Positions 34,629 through 48,603 of a stretch of DNA of 64,000 nucleotides are shown here, piece after piece. The stretch comes from the human T2T-CHM13v2.0 reference genome, Homo sapiens. The translations under genes were made by a program, and so were the position numbers. The notes under the pieces were generated by a model. The model did not search any database. It worked only from the letters and a program-made list of their open reading frames with translations, and was not told where the DNA came from. The DNA lies in assembly GCF_009914755.1 (NCBI RefSeq), contig NC_060932.1; one strand, 5' to 3'. The first letter of the stretch is position 1; the number at the start of each line of letters is the position of its first letter.

Positions 34629-36379
34629 AACTGAACACAGTGTCCGAGTGCCTGGGAAGAAAATGGTACAGTAAGCTCCAACAGTTTGGAATACAGCCAG
34701 CATAATATCCAAGCTTAGAAAAAAAGAAAAAGAAAAAGCCCCAACTGAAAAGGAAACAAGCTTCAGGATGATCAGCTGTGTCAGTTCCATTTAATTGTAA
34801 ATGTGGACAGGCTCTGCTGAGTGAAGTACAGAATGTTTCTCGCCTCGGGCGCTGATAACATATTAGAAAAAAAGCAACCTGAGAGGCATTTGTTTTTGTG
34901 GGAAGTACGTGCATGGGTAAATCTCTGCTCATCAGATTGTTTCGAATTAATGTGGATGCTATAAATAAAAGGTTCTCCCTTTTTTGGACCAGCTTTGATC
35001 TATTGTTATCCCTCCCTTTTTAGAAACCTTTAAAGGCAATTTTCATTCAGATCCTTCATCAGTGAAGCAGACAGACTTCAATAATTCCACTCAAAAGCCT
35101 CTGGGCTTTCTGCACACAAGCCCCACGTCAATCAACCGAGCAGCCCGCTCTCCTGGGTGGCTGTCCCCCTATGTCCCTGGAGAACAGAAGTTGGATGGAC
35201 TAGGCTTCGGTAACTAGGACGGGCATGTAATGTCAGGAGAGCAAGTTTGACTGACGTTTTCCTTCTGTGTTCAGGTTATTGAATAATTGTGATAGAATTA
35301 CTGCAGTCACAATTCTCACGCACTCGGCAGGAAGGGGTGCAAAAGAAATGTGTCTCCTCCTGGGGTGAGGGGTATGACTCGAGAATCCTTGCCTCCAGTT
35401 TGGCCATTAATAGCGGAATCCTCTGACAGCAGCCTGCATTTCTGTAGTTGCTAAAATCCACATGTGAAAGATAACATGAACTCCCATTGTGGCAAGACAG
35501 TCATGAGTCCAAAGTAATTGAGCATTTGTGTGCCAGATGGTTATCAGAAGAAGTGTGGTGGTGAGGGGGAAGACCCTCCCCTGAAATAATCCCAGCCCTG
35601 CCTCTTACTTGCTTTGAACCCATCTGAGACTCAGTTTCCTTATATTTATATCACAGTTATCATGTTTCATTTTAAGGTCATCATAAACTTCAGACATGTG
35701 TTATGGAAAGTGCCTGATATAATGCCTGGTCCATGGAAGGTGCTCCTTCTTCTCTTCCTCTTCTTCATTATTCTCCTCTATCTCCGCCTCATCATTATTA
35801 TTGTCATCACCATCGTCATTGCCGTGATGCTTCTCATTGTCATTTCTTCTTAGAGAGATGAAAGGGTTGGTGGATGTGTGCTGTATTCTGCTGCTTTTCT
35901 GGCAAAGGGAACTCTAGTTATTCTTTCCATGACATGTTAGGGAAAGAAGAACTTGTCAGTTCTAGAGAAGAGTGGGAAATTCCCCAGAAGCCTGGGTCCT
36001 GGCAGACTTTCCATGGCTGAGTGGATAATGGTAGCTTTCATAAAGATTTAATTCAAAGGTTCGGAAACTACAAAGGGGATTTGGCAAATGCAATATATAC
36101 TCACCAGCCTTTCCTTTCCTTGAAGAACATGGGCTGTGATTTCATGGAAATTGAACATCTGATGCCAGAAACATCCTTTCCACTCTGATTTGAATACCAG
36201 GGTGGGTTAGAACAGCAGTGTGGACTAATGGGTTGGCCATGAACAATAAGGGCAGATGCATATGAAAGCAAATTCTGCTTCTGCTGTATGACAGTTGTTA
36301 GCCCTTATCACCTCTAAGTCTCAGCATCTCATTCTGAAAACATGAGAATTTAATCATCTTATTTCATGGAAAATTAAAA

Positions 36380-36647
36380 GGTGTGGTAGGTCACGCCTGT
36401 AATCCCAGCACTTTGGGAGGCTGAGGCAGGTGGATCACCTGAGGTCAGGAGTTCGAGACCAGCCTGACCAACACGTGAAACCCCATCTCTACTAAAAATA
36501 CAAAATTAGCCAGGCGTGGTGACACATGCCTGTAATCTCTGCTACTTGGGAGGCTGAGGCAGGAGAATCACTTGAACTTGGAGGTGGAGGCTGCAGTGAG
36601 TTGAGATTGCACTCCAGCCTAGGCAACAAGAACGAAACTCAGTGCCA

Positions 36648-36648
<1 letters not shown>
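36380..36648 (+). mobile_element. AluSp/Sq-like element inserted in a MIR
   Basis: cctgaccaaca, aaaatacaaaattagcc, caacaagaacgaaactc. Confidence 0.9.
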
Positions 36649-36678
<30 letters not shown>

Positions 36679-36704
36679 AAGGAAGGAAGGAAGGAAGGAA
36701 AGAG

Positions 36705-36751
<47 letters not shown>

Positions 36752-36818
36752 GAAAGAAAGAAAGAAAGAGAAAGAAAGAAAGAGAAAGAAAGAAAGAGAA
36801 AGAAAGAAAGAGAAAAAA
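36646..36818. repeat. Long compound (GAAA)n/(GGAA)n/(GA)n polypurine microsatellite grown from the Alu tail
   Basis: About 170 nt of pure purine, directly visible. Confidence 0.95.
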
Positions 36819-37545
36819 TGATATACTAGCTTAATTTCCTCAAGGATTTGTGAGAAACTCCTAGAAAGGAGGGATGCATTTGGTGAGAGGAGCTCAACAG
36901 CCGAAAATGCTCTTAGTACTAGAGGCCATAAGAGGGCCAAGGCAACTGTTTCGCCTCAGGTCACAGTTGGGTGCCAGTGAGAGAAGTCTTTCCTTCCCCT
37001 CCTCTCATGTTAGTGGCTGCTCCGTGTAAGGCTGAACGAAGGGCTAAAGGCAGGTCTGCACTAAGGGTATGAGTTTAAGATGTAGCTGCTCCCAGGCACA
37101 AGGACCTGAGAACCACAAGGCAAAGCCACAGAGGAGTCAGAAAGGCTTACACAGTCAGGAGAGTCAAGTCCCTGTGTCCATACACAAACGACAATCTAAG
37201 AGACTCCCAGACCAGGCAGGGAGGATTAGGAATAGGAGCAAGGTCCCATAGATTTTCATGTTTAGGATTGAGGCAGAAACTGTTGCTTGCTTATCTATTG
37301 TGACTCTAATATTTCCAGGCTCACATGCCATGGCCATGGGAAATTACAGTTACTTGTGGATTTTAAAACTGCACATCCTTGCAGCCAAGAAAACATGCAA
37401 TGTTCGAGTTGTCGAAAGGGCAGAATTCTGTTAAACACTCAAGTGGGAGTGAAGAGTCCAGTTCCAAGACCCAGCTGTACTGCACATGTAGTGCTGTGGA
37501 TCCCAAAAAAGCCTTCAGCCTTCATCTATGTGAGCTCATCTGTGA

Positions 37546-37696
37546 AACCAAGTTGTTGATTTTGTTAATTCTGGTTCTTCCATCTGCGATGTGAGGGAAC
37601 TGACTCTGAGGTTCTTGGTAACTTGGTAATCAAGTTGTTGATTTTGGTCATTCTGTGGTTCCATCTGCAATGTGGAGAAACTGAGTCTGAGGTTCT
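37546..37696 (+). repeat. Diverged tandem duplication, 2 x ~70 bp (period 82)
   Basis: caagttgttgattttg...ttccatctgc(g/a)atgtg...aactga(c/g)tctgaggttct occurs twice. Confidence 0.9.
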
Positions 37697-39021
37697 CGTG
37701 ATACAGCAGAATCCATAGAGAGCCATGACCTCTCCTGTAGTCACCCTGCATCTAGAAAGGAGAGAAATTTCTCCACGCCAAAGCTAGCAATTAGCACAAA
37801 GCACTCAAGGAATCCATTCCATTCTCTCACATAATTTGGCATTTTCTGCCTTCTCAGTCAAGTACAGCTAATGCAGCCGTCTTCCCTAAGGGGAATATAT
37901 ATATACTGGACCGAACTCCGGTTTTAACCTAAAGATGACGTAAGCACCTCATAAGGGCATTTTCCATCCACAATGGGGCAGTTTGCCTGCCTTATTATAC
38001 AGACGTGAAATGCTCATCGAAGGTTCCCAGGAGCCCACGGGGAATTGAAAGTAAAAACAACTTTGCTGTTCAGAGACTCTGGAGACTTTTCCTCATTTGG
38101 AGTGTGTGTGGAGATGAATGCTAAGCACGAATCTGTGCTTACAGGGTGTGAAGCAAATTGGAATCTTGACCACAAGAAATGAAGGTGGCTAATCTAATTT
38201 GAAGACTGTGTGCAGGCAAATGAGTGCATGCGATCTTCCTGGAACCCACGTCCTACCGTTAGCAAAACCCAAGAGAGAGAGGAATATAGATTTATCTTCA
38301 GGCCATGATGGGTCCCCGAGAAACGCTGAGCACTTACTTCCAGCTCTAAAATGATGTGACTCTGTGGGTCTGTGACCCTGTGACCCTTAAAAATTACTTG
38401 ATGAAAATAAAAATACACCCTGACAGGTTCACAAATAATGGTAATGGAAGTCACCCAAGCTACCGATTCTTGAGCAACTACCATATGCCAGGAAATATTA
38501 ATCAGGCCAGTTCTCTACTTCTCTCTGTTTCTCTTTCTCTCTCGGTTCAGGCTGTCTCTATATAGGTAGGTATAGATATAGTAGATATAATTTGACACAA
38601 AGGATTCATGAAGTTAGCATTGTCACCATTCTTAGATGCGGTCATTGAAGTCGAAAGAGGTTAAACAACTTGACCTTGATAACCAACTGAAAAATGGAAG
38701 AGGCAGCATTTAAACTCTGAGCAATCTGAATCCGAAATTGTTTCCATTGCTTCACCCTTTATGGGTATGTATTGAATATAGGTATACTTGTAGAAACATA
38801 AAGTGACAAACCTTCAAGTAAAATTTGGGGTAAAGTCTCCTTCTAGCTGTCCTAGTGGTTTAATCGGTGTGGTCTTTAGTTAATGGTTGCTGGATATATT
38901 CACAAAATAAGAGGAAACTAGAGGCAGATTCCTATGAAGATTACTATGACAGGACAGCATCTACCCCAGAGTATGAGGTGAGAAGCTTGGCAGGGTGCTT
39001 CCTCCTGGCGGCAATTTAGGG

Positions 39022-39203
39022 TACTGCTACTTGAAGTGTGGTCCATGGCCCAGTGACATTGGCATCTGGTGGGAACTTGCGAGCATTTCAGGCTGTGCTT
39101 GAGGACTGCTGAATCAGAATCTGCCTTTTAATAAGGTCCTGAAAAAGAAAAGAATCACTTGCCAGAGTGATTCTTGTTTACATTAACAGTTTGAGAAATT
39201 CTG
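39022..39203. mobile_element. MER5A1-type hAT element with perfect 8-bp TSD
   Basis: aagtgtggtcc...ctgctgaatcagaatctgc...agtttgagaaattctg; TSD atttaggg at 39014-39021 and 39204-39211. Confidence 0.85.
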
Positions 39204-39339
39204 ATTTAGGGTATGAAAGTAGGAATAATATGGATCGTTTATAAAACCTGGGAGATATTTATGAGCACCCATAAATCTAAGTTTCTGGAGTACTGTGATT
39301 TACATTAGTTTCCTTTGCTTTTAAAGGGAACATGGCATA

Positions 39340-39608
39340 TAAGAATAAAACAACATTTATTAAACACTAACTCTGTCTCAGGTTCTATACTTGGCAATTT
39401 ACATTTATTATTTTATTTAATTCTTATAACAACTCTATAAGGTAGCCAATCATTATTACACTCATTTTGTAGAGGAGGAACTGTTTATGGAGATCAATGA
39501 ACATGCTTAAAGTCACTTTGCTGGTAAGCGGTGAGTCAGGGATTCAAATCCAGGCAGTGTGACGCTAGGGTTTACACTTTGTGTTGATCAGTGAACTATA
39601 CTGCCTCT
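39340..39608 (-). mobile_element. MIR, near full length
   Basis: aacatttattaaacact...acaactctataaggtag...cattttgtagaggaggaaact...gggattcaaatccaggcagtgtgac. Confidence 0.8.
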
Positions 39609-39799
39609 TCAGTCCATGCAGAGAAAACATCGGGAGAGTTCAATGGAGTATTGTGCTTCAACAAAGTTAGCTAGAGCTGCAGACTTCAATCACAACCGCC
39701 CTATACACAGGTGTATCTCCCAGCGGTTATCAAGTCTGCAGAAGCTAATTTACTACTCATTAAAATATAATGTTTGTGAATTAACTGAGAAGTAAATTA

Positions 39800-40810
39800 T
39801 TCACAGTGATCAAGCAATGTCGATCATAATGAGACAAATAGACATCATTTGCTCCTGTTATGATACACTGACACATATACATCATCCGAAATTTATTCTT
39901 GCCAAAAAAAAAAAAAAAAAGCATTTAACTTGGATCAGATCAGTCAAGACTGGCAAACTCAAATCGAAGAGCAGTCTCCAAAACAATTTTCCTGTACTCA
40001 TCATCGACATCAGTTTTGTGAAAGGAAAAATAAAAAGGCAGGAAAACTGTTGTAGATTAAAGGAGGTTAAACAGACATGCCAACCCGATTCACTTTGTAA
40101 CTTTTTATTGAATCCTAAATGATGTGTCCAATGGTAGAAACAACTACACAAATCATTATAAGGACAATTGCGGATATCTGAAATATGGACTGTCTATATA
40201 TAAAATTATAGAATTGTGTTGCTGTTCAAATGTGACCATCTTATTTTGATTGTGTAGAAGAACGTTTTTGTTCTCAGGAGATGCATACTGAAGGGTTTAG
40301 AGTTGAAGGGTCATTTATAGGTGCATCTTCCTCTTAAATGTTTCAGAAAACAGGTAAGAACCAGATAAATTAGGACTAGGCACACTTGGCTCATGCCTGT
40401 AATCCCAGAACTCTGGGAAGCTGAGGCAGGATGATCACTTGAGGGCAAGAGTTTAAGACCAGCCTGGGTAACACAATGAGACCCCCATATCTACAAAAAA
40501 TAATTAGCCAGATGTGGTGGTTTGTGCCTGTCATCTTAGCTACTCAGATGGCTGAGGCAGGAGGATTGCTTCAGCCTAGGAGTTTGAGGCTGCGGGGAAC
40601 CACAATCACACCCCTGCACTCCAGATCTGGGTGAGAGAGCAAGACCCTGTCTCTAAAAAAATCAAAATAAACACATTTTAAAAACATAAATTAGATGTGG
40701 TAAAAGATTAATTTGCCAATCTAGATAAAATAAACATGATGCTCATTGTGTAAGTCCTTCAATTTCTCTATAGGTTTGAAACTTCAAAATTAATATTTTG
40801 GAAAAAATAA
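39800..40810 (+). mobile_element. L1MC4/5-type 3' UTR fragment interrupted by an Alu
   Basis: gtagaagaacgtttttgttctcaggagatgcatactgaag...aatttctctataggtttgaaa. Confidence 0.6.
40374..40685 (+). mobile_element. AluJo-like element
   Basis: J diagnostics gaggattgcttcagcctaggagtttgaggctgc and agaccctgtctct; TSD ataaattag. Confidence 0.9.
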
Positions 40811-41476
40811 ATAAGTGCTGATTCAATGTTATTTCAATGAAAGAATTGAGTAAGAGATTCAGAACTGTGTGTGATGGGGGAAAGAATGTAGGGATGAGAG
40901 CCTGGGAGAAAGTTATGCTTGGAAGAATAGAATTGCCAGGAATCTAGGTAAGCTGTAGGTAGGTGGCTGCTTATGAATGCCATCTTCATGCATTTTGCAG
41001 TGTAAAAAGGAAAGTGGTATTGCAATGTACAGAGAGATCACTGTTGACTTTGATGGTTTGTCAGCCTCATTTTGCCATCACCAGTCAGTAGTTGACACCA
41101 GAGTCACAGGATTCCCCCCAACACCCATCATTTTGAACCAGTCTCCTCAAGCATCCTCTTGCCTTAGTCCCGAAATGTCTTGGGGACTTCTTGGTGGTCC
41201 CCACCCATGGTTCTTGCTGAAGGGTGGGTCCTAGGTAGTCATGTTTGTCCCGCCTTACCCTCACCCCTAGCCACAGGTGATTGGACTAACATCAGACACC
41301 TGAACGAAGCTGGACGGACCGACCAGGTGTCTCTCCCAGGCAACTCAAACACTGAGAAAATGAGTCCAATCTGGAGAAGCTGAGCTGAAACACCCCAGAA
41401 TACCAGGGCAAACTAGAGCCAAAAGCAAACTGAAGTCATGAAAGAGAAGAAACTGTGAATGTTCAAAGATAAGTGG

Positions 41477-42204
<728 letters not shown>

Positions 42205-42919
42205 GTGGTCATCTGCAAAAAGGAGACTGGAGCAGGGACGTGGCACAAAAACAGAGTTAAAAGATTACAAGTCCCCAGAGAGTCAGAAACAGCATAGGAG
42301 CTGCCTCACGGAAAGGATTCTAAACTCCTATGCATTTCCCATTAAGCCTGACTTCCTCCCCAACCCACCCCTCTAAGGAATCCTCTCTTCCTCTTTTCTT
42401 TGAACTACTTAGGTATGAACTACTTAGGAGAGTTTTGATTCCTTGAGTGTGCTCCTCATTTGCCTGCTGCATGTGAACTGCCCCCCACCACTTTGCCTAG
42501 ACAATCCACCCTCTTTTCCGGGATGCTGGACCTTGTACACGCAGCCCTGCTCTTATGGAATGGTTGTTGTGAATCCACCCTCATGTTCACACTTGTCTTT
42601 ACGGGACCCAGCCCATTAGATGAGACCCATTGTGGAAGCAAACCTTAATTCACACACTCTTGTAGCCTCTGGACATTGAGTCACTGGTGTCTCCCTTGGG
42701 ACACAACATCCCCAAGCCCCAAACTATTCATCCTAGCCTCCTGCTCCTTTCAACCAATCGGTGTCTGTGAGCCAGCCCTGTACCTGGGCTCACTTGAATG
42801 ACAACATGATTTATTTTACTGTTTCTTTTTTTGATTGATAGATTGGTGGGATGTTTGTCCTGTTTTTAGTATACTGATTGACTTAGGGATTCTAGAAGCC
42901 CATGGACAGGGGCTGTACT

Positions 42920-43550
42920 ATTTATGTTTTTATTATAAAAGTAATACATGTTGGTAATAGAATTCTTGGGGAAAATAGAAAAGAGAAAAGAAAAAGAAAG
43001 AAAAACCATTCATCATTCTAAGATCCAGAGATAAGTCCTATTAATATTCGGGCTTATTTCCTTTCAGACTTGGTTTAACATAATTCACTTTATGTACCAT
43101 ATGCAATTTTCAATCCTCACTGTGCAGTAAATGACAAGCATTTCCCTGTATTTTATAAGTTTTTTAAAATATCACTTTAATAGCTGCATAAAATTCCATT
43201 TTACATAAAATATGTAACATATATAAATATATAAAATAATCTAGTTAAACAAGCCCTTTTATTGTACATGTTGGCTGTTTTCATTGTTTGCTAATAATAT
43301 AAACAACATCTGTGTGTTTTAGATTCTTGGTGCAAATTGACAAGCTGATTTCACACACGATTTTACAATTTGCTCTCCTCTTTCTCCTCTGGTACAAGAG
43401 TTCTTTCCTCACACGGCATGTTCCCTAGCATTGCTGTCATTGTTATTTCAATGTTTACGAATTTAATTATGAAGAAAAAGGCAGATCATATTTGTTTGCA
43501 TTTTATTTTTGAAGGCTAGTAAGCTTGAGGGGTGTTCAAATGTGTGATTT
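42920..43550 (-). mobile_element. Ancient L1ME fragment
   Basis: ttattataaaagtaatacatg...ttaatagctgcataaaattccatt...ttggctgttttcattgtttgcta. Confidence 0.5.
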
Positions 43551-44512
43551 GACTTGATAAAGACAAAGGAGTAATACATTTTGTTTCATTGCACGATGGT
43601 CACACTTGTATTTCCATGAGATTGTGTCTCCTGCTGTACAGTGTCTTGAAATTTCAAAATAAACAAATAAATAAATAAATAAACAAAAACCTTACCATGT
43701 GAGTAAGGCAAAGATTAGTGTCATGCACACAGTGGTAGTATTACAGAGTTTTGCCAATTCTGCCCGCACTGAGAGCCAAGTTTGAATGGTTTCATATTAA
43801 ATGGGAGAAAAAATAAATACGATACAAATGAAAATTGTACCTGAAGAAAAAAATAATTAGAATGTCTTGTTTTTTAAATGACTCTTCATTTTGTTGTTAA
43901 TATCTGGTTTTAATTAGAAATTGTTACAATATGGAAGACTTGAATTTAAAGGTAAAGCTCTTGGATAACAGGCGGTTTAAGGGAAGGAAACTTCCGTTTC
44001 TTAGAGCACTAGGTAGAATTCTAATGATAAAAGAGGCTCTCACGCACAAAGACTGGATTCTCTCTTAGTTTTGAAAATGTTCAGACACAGAAATGCAACA
44101 GCACTCTCTATTCATAGAGTTCACATTCATTCATGAAGTCCAACATCTGACTAACTCCTTTTCTGCTGTAGTTGTCTCCTTTTCCTCCAAGGTCCAGATC
44201 AGAATCACTTTCCCTGAGCTTCCAAGAGAGAAAATAGAGAATATAAGAAGCCTAGTAAGTTAGTTAGGCTCAAATTAGAGAACTGAATTAGAGACTTGGA
44301 CTTTACACCTCTTGAAAATGCCACATAATTCCATTTGTGAACTGATCCTAACTAACCTCACCTTATATGGGAAGACTCTACTCAAAACTTAACTCACTCT
44401 TAATCTTTTTCTTGTCATCTCCAAACTTGTCACAGGATGTTCACACTTTTATTTTATGACTGTTAATAACAGAAGTCATTTTATGTGTCTTCAATTTTAC
44501 CCCATATAGGAG

Positions 44513-44933
44513 CAGTGGTATAACACAGGTGGCTTATACCAGCTCAGGAGAACTAGTTGTTAAATGGTCGGGAATTTTGTGAGCCGGCTGTTAAACACAG
44601 CCATTTAAAATTAGATAAACTTAAATTTAAATAAATTACATTAAATAAGAAAGGTAATAAATATTCCAAACTCATCACTTCCTAATTATTTACTATATTT
44701 TATTACTGTCTGTGCTCTTGAGGTTATTTACATCTATTGCATGACAGGAATTCTCTATAATTCATTGTGTGCGATTATACGTCTCCTTCCAACTTGCATC
44801 CAGTGATGTCACATTCGTAACTTGAAATTGGCCACAGCAGGAGTATTTACTCTGTGAAATTAGAAAATGCAATAAATCAGGGCTTCCCCTTCAAAGAGAC
44901 AGCCACTGTTAAACATTTGCCAGCACACAACAG
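44513..44933 (+). mobile_element. MER63B-type hAT-Blackjack element
   Basis: cagtggt start; ggaattttgtgagccggctgttaaacacagcca; aactcatcacttcctaattattt; tgttaaacatttgccagcacac end; imperfect TSD tataggag/cataggaa. Confidence 0.85.
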
Positions 44934-45965
44934 CATAGGAAGGTGTATTCATTAGTGGAACAGGTTGAGCTTCATAGCAAAAGCTTGGGTTTCAAAGTCA
45001 GAGAAATCTGACTGCATATTCTGGCTCTGTCAGTTAACAACCCTGGCTTTCAGCAAGTTATGTATCTCCTCTAAACTTCAATTTTCTAAACTATAAAATG
45101 GGAAGAATATTTGCCTCTCAAGATTATTTTGTTTTATTTTGAGACATCAACAATCTAATAGATGGCAGGTATTTTTCAAAGTGTAGTTAGTATCATGTCA
45201 AAAAGTTTCAATAAATTCTACTATTTTTATTACTATAATTATTGTGAATGTGACGTATAAAATATAACACTGAAAGTTTATCATATCAGATGGGGCAGAG
45301 GAAATATTTTCTCTTTTTATAATAGAAATAACTGTGATTGATCTGTGAACAATCCAATGATGAATAAAGAAAGAAGAAGGAAAGAGGGAGGGAGAGAGGA
45401 GATGGGTTTGAAGAAGGAGACAGGACCACACCATAGGAAATCCATATATCCCACTAAAATACGGAAACCAGATTCCCAGGCCAATTAGTAGCCATTGAAT
45501 GTTTTCAAGCAAGAGATTGCCATATCAGAGTTATGTTTTAGATAGAATATCCTGGCATTGGCATGAAAATGAAATAGAGGCCAAAGCTAATGAGGGAAAT
45601 TAGTGGGGAAGCAACCATACGGTCCAAGTTAGAGGTGACAGTGGTTTAAAATTAAGTTAGAACAGTGGAAAGGAAAGCCAGAGATAGTAAGAAAAGTAGT
45701 AAGGTGATGCCTGCCTATAGGAAGCCCTTGCCATCCTCCAGTCCTCCCTGCAGAGATAAAGAGCAGCTAGAGAAAATGCTTGAAATATTTCAATCTATCA
45801 TAGCGTTTGAAAAAAATTCTTATCTTTTTCTCACTGCATCCTTTATTAAAATGATAATCATTGAGGAGCACTAAAAAGATAATAATATTAAGCACTTTTA
45901 TGGAGCAAAACATTAAGCGAAAATAAAATGACAAATTGGAATATGTTATTTAGATCTCTCAAAAG

Positions 45966-46270
45966 CAGAGGGTTGACAAATCTTTTCTGTAAAAAGCCAG
46001 ATAGCAAATATTTTAGCCTTGGAGAGCCATAGAGTATCTGTCACATCAACTCAATTTTGGGGTTACAGTGTGGAAGCAGAGATTGAGAATAGTTAAATGA
46101 ATGAAAATGACTGTGCTGCAATGGAATGTGATTCATGGATTTCATATGATTTTCAGGTGTCAGAAAATTATTTTTTGATTGTTTAAAAAGAAAAAAAAAC
46201 ATTCTTAGTTAACAGCTTCCACAGAAACAGGCAGTGGACTGGATTTAGCCCTTGGATTTGCTGATCCCTG
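45966..46270. mobile_element. MER58B-type hAT-Charlie element
   Basis: cagagggttgacaaatcttttctgtaaaaagccagatagcaaatattttag...tttgctgatccctg. Confidence 0.8.
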
Positions 46271-47202
46271 GATTGAAGCATGAGGGTCTTCTGTGTTACC
46301 ACTGAAGAGTCCCACTCTGTGCAAAAGGTCACAGAGAACCATTAAAAGGAGTCTACACTTGAAAGATGCATGGGGCACCAGAAAGACTGAAGGGATTAAA
46401 GATATCTGGAGAAACACCTTAGATGGGACGAATGAACTGCCTCATTCTTGAGGTGAAAAACTAAATCTGAGAGGCAAAGTGAAATGAGCCTAGGAATTTT
46501 CTTTACCCAGAATTGCCTTTGGAGCATTCTGGGATTCACAGCTCTGTTATGTTACTTCTATCTATACCACTAAGGAATTTGATTTTGAGATAAATATAAT
46601 TTGAAAAAATAATTTCAATTGGGAATTGAAATCCAAAGAGACAGAGAAAATATTTGCAGAATGTCCAGGCGGCTTAAATGAGCTCAATCTTCAGGCCCAT
46701 GGATTATAGGCCAGGATGCTGGGAAACCACCTAGATGGATTTCAAAATTATAGTGTTAGTCTTTGAGAAAAAAAAAATGCTGTAGGATAAGGACTAGATC
46801 TGAGATGAGCAAATTTCACTCTGATTTTCCAAAAAAAAGTAAAGTATATATCTTAGAAATAACATGTTAGAAAATCTAATCATGGTCCGGAAGGAAATTC
46901 ACATGCTGATGATTAAGTAGGAGGATTATGTGTCCAAAGGATAGAATTCAGTTCAGGACAGAAACCCAAGAGTAAAGCCACAGTAAGCTCATTTCCTTTA
47001 CTGATATTGTTAGTAGGCGGGTGGTTCAGAAAAGCACCACAAATACATTATGATAGGATTTAGCAAGGCAGATGCAAGATCTCTTCTGACATCCTTTTAG
47101 CCTCAGTGGTAAAATGAGCATTTGATAAAAACGCCTATGTCATTCTCGATAGGAATGAGGGAATTGATTTTCTTAGTCGCTTATGTGAAACTGTATCCTC
47201 CT

Positions 47203-47356
47203 AGAGAAGAGAGGGAGAGAGGAAGGGAGAGGGGAGAGATTAGGAGGAAAAGAAAGGAACAAAGAGAGAAAGAAAGACAGAGAGAGAGGGGGCAGAAGAA
47301 GGAGAAAAATATTTTTGAAAACACAGGAGAACAAAAGAAAAAAATTTAAAAAGAAA
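47203..47356. repeat. GA-rich low-complexity tract
   Basis: Directly visible. Confidence 0.8.
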
Positions 47357-48244
47357 ACACGGGGGATTTTGACTGCAAAGATTTCTTTTCGATCAGTAAA
47401 GCCAATGGTCATAATGGTAGCTGCTAAAAGGCCCAAAATGTGAGTCTGTTTCTCCCACAAGAGATGGGGCCCTAAAGACATTTTTCCCCTGTGAATCCTG
47501 GGTGGGGAAGGAGTTTTGGACAGGAGAGGACTTTGGTTTCCCTTAGTCACATCACCCAAGAAGTCTATCTACTTTAGTTCCCAGCATAAAGCCTCCAATT
47601 GTCTATGATTAGAGCTTGATGGTTCTGGTGCTCTGGCGAGTGTCTGGAAAGGTAAGGAGGCCCCCAGTAGCATGCACTGATACTGCCAAAACCTGCTTGG
47701 TGACCACTCTGCCCTCCATCTCCAGCTCTTGGGCTATGCTAAAGATGCATACATTCTATATCTGAATCAAAACCTTGACTTATTGCCCTAAAGTTGTTTT
47801 TAGGGTTTTGCCATTAAAATTTAGGGGACTTTCCAGTTCTTCTGATTGATCTAATTCATTATCATTCAAATCCACTACCCTCATGTTGCCACCAGTTTTC
47901 TCAAATGCCATTCATTCATTCATAATTTACTCAACATGCGTTGAACATCTCTATCAGATATCAACACTGTGACAGGCACTGAGAACACAAAGGTGAACAA
48001 GACAAAATTTTTACATTTAAGGATCCTGCACTGCAATGACAAAAAGAGATCCATTATAAGAGATGCATTCATAAAAACTGAGGCAGGTAAAAGATATGAG
48101 AGGATGGTTGAGAGTAAGCAGAAAGTGAGGACCTTAACCTTATGGAATGAGGTGGGGGAGTTGGCAAAAGTCATGCAGATGAGAAATGCTGGCTTCATAT
48201 ATTCACTCATTCATTCTTTCAGCAGATATTTATTGAATACCTAC

Positions 48245-48603
48245 TGCTATGGTCTGAATGTGTGTGTTCCCCCAAAATTCATAGGTTGAATGAACCCTAA
48301 CAACCAATGTGATCGTATTGGAAGGTAAGGCCTTTGGGAAGTAAGCAAGTCATCAGGGAGAAGCCTTCATGAATGGGAATCCTTTTAAAAGAGGAGAGAG
48401 CTCTCTGATCCCTTCCACATTATGAGAACACAGTGAGAAGGCACCATCTGTGAACCAGAAAGGGGCCCTCACAAGACAGCAAATCTACCAGCACCCTGAT
48501 CTAGGACTTCCCAGCTTCCAGAACTCTGAGCAACATATTTCTGTTGTTTTTAAGCCCCCTAGTATAAGATATTTTGTTACAGCAGCCCAGAAGAACCAAG
48601 ATA
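48245..48603 (+). mobile_element. MLT1A0-type MaLR solo LTR inserted in an L2 end
   Basis: tgctatggtctgaatgtgtgtgttcccccaaaattcata...ggacttcccagcttccagaactctgag...ttttgttacagcagccc. Confidence 0.88.

Noticed and set aside
35614-35853. Hydrophobic 79-aa ORF resembling a membrane peptide
   Set aside because: MIR sequence plus CTT/CAT low-complexity repeats explain the hydrophobic run.
36526-36940. Lys/Glu/Arg-rich and Phe/Leu/Ser-rich ORFs
   Set aside because: Translations of the (GAAA)n microsatellite.
42401-42428. Duplicated 13-mer tgaactacttagg
   Set aside because: Real, but a trivial slippage duplication in a decayed LTR end.
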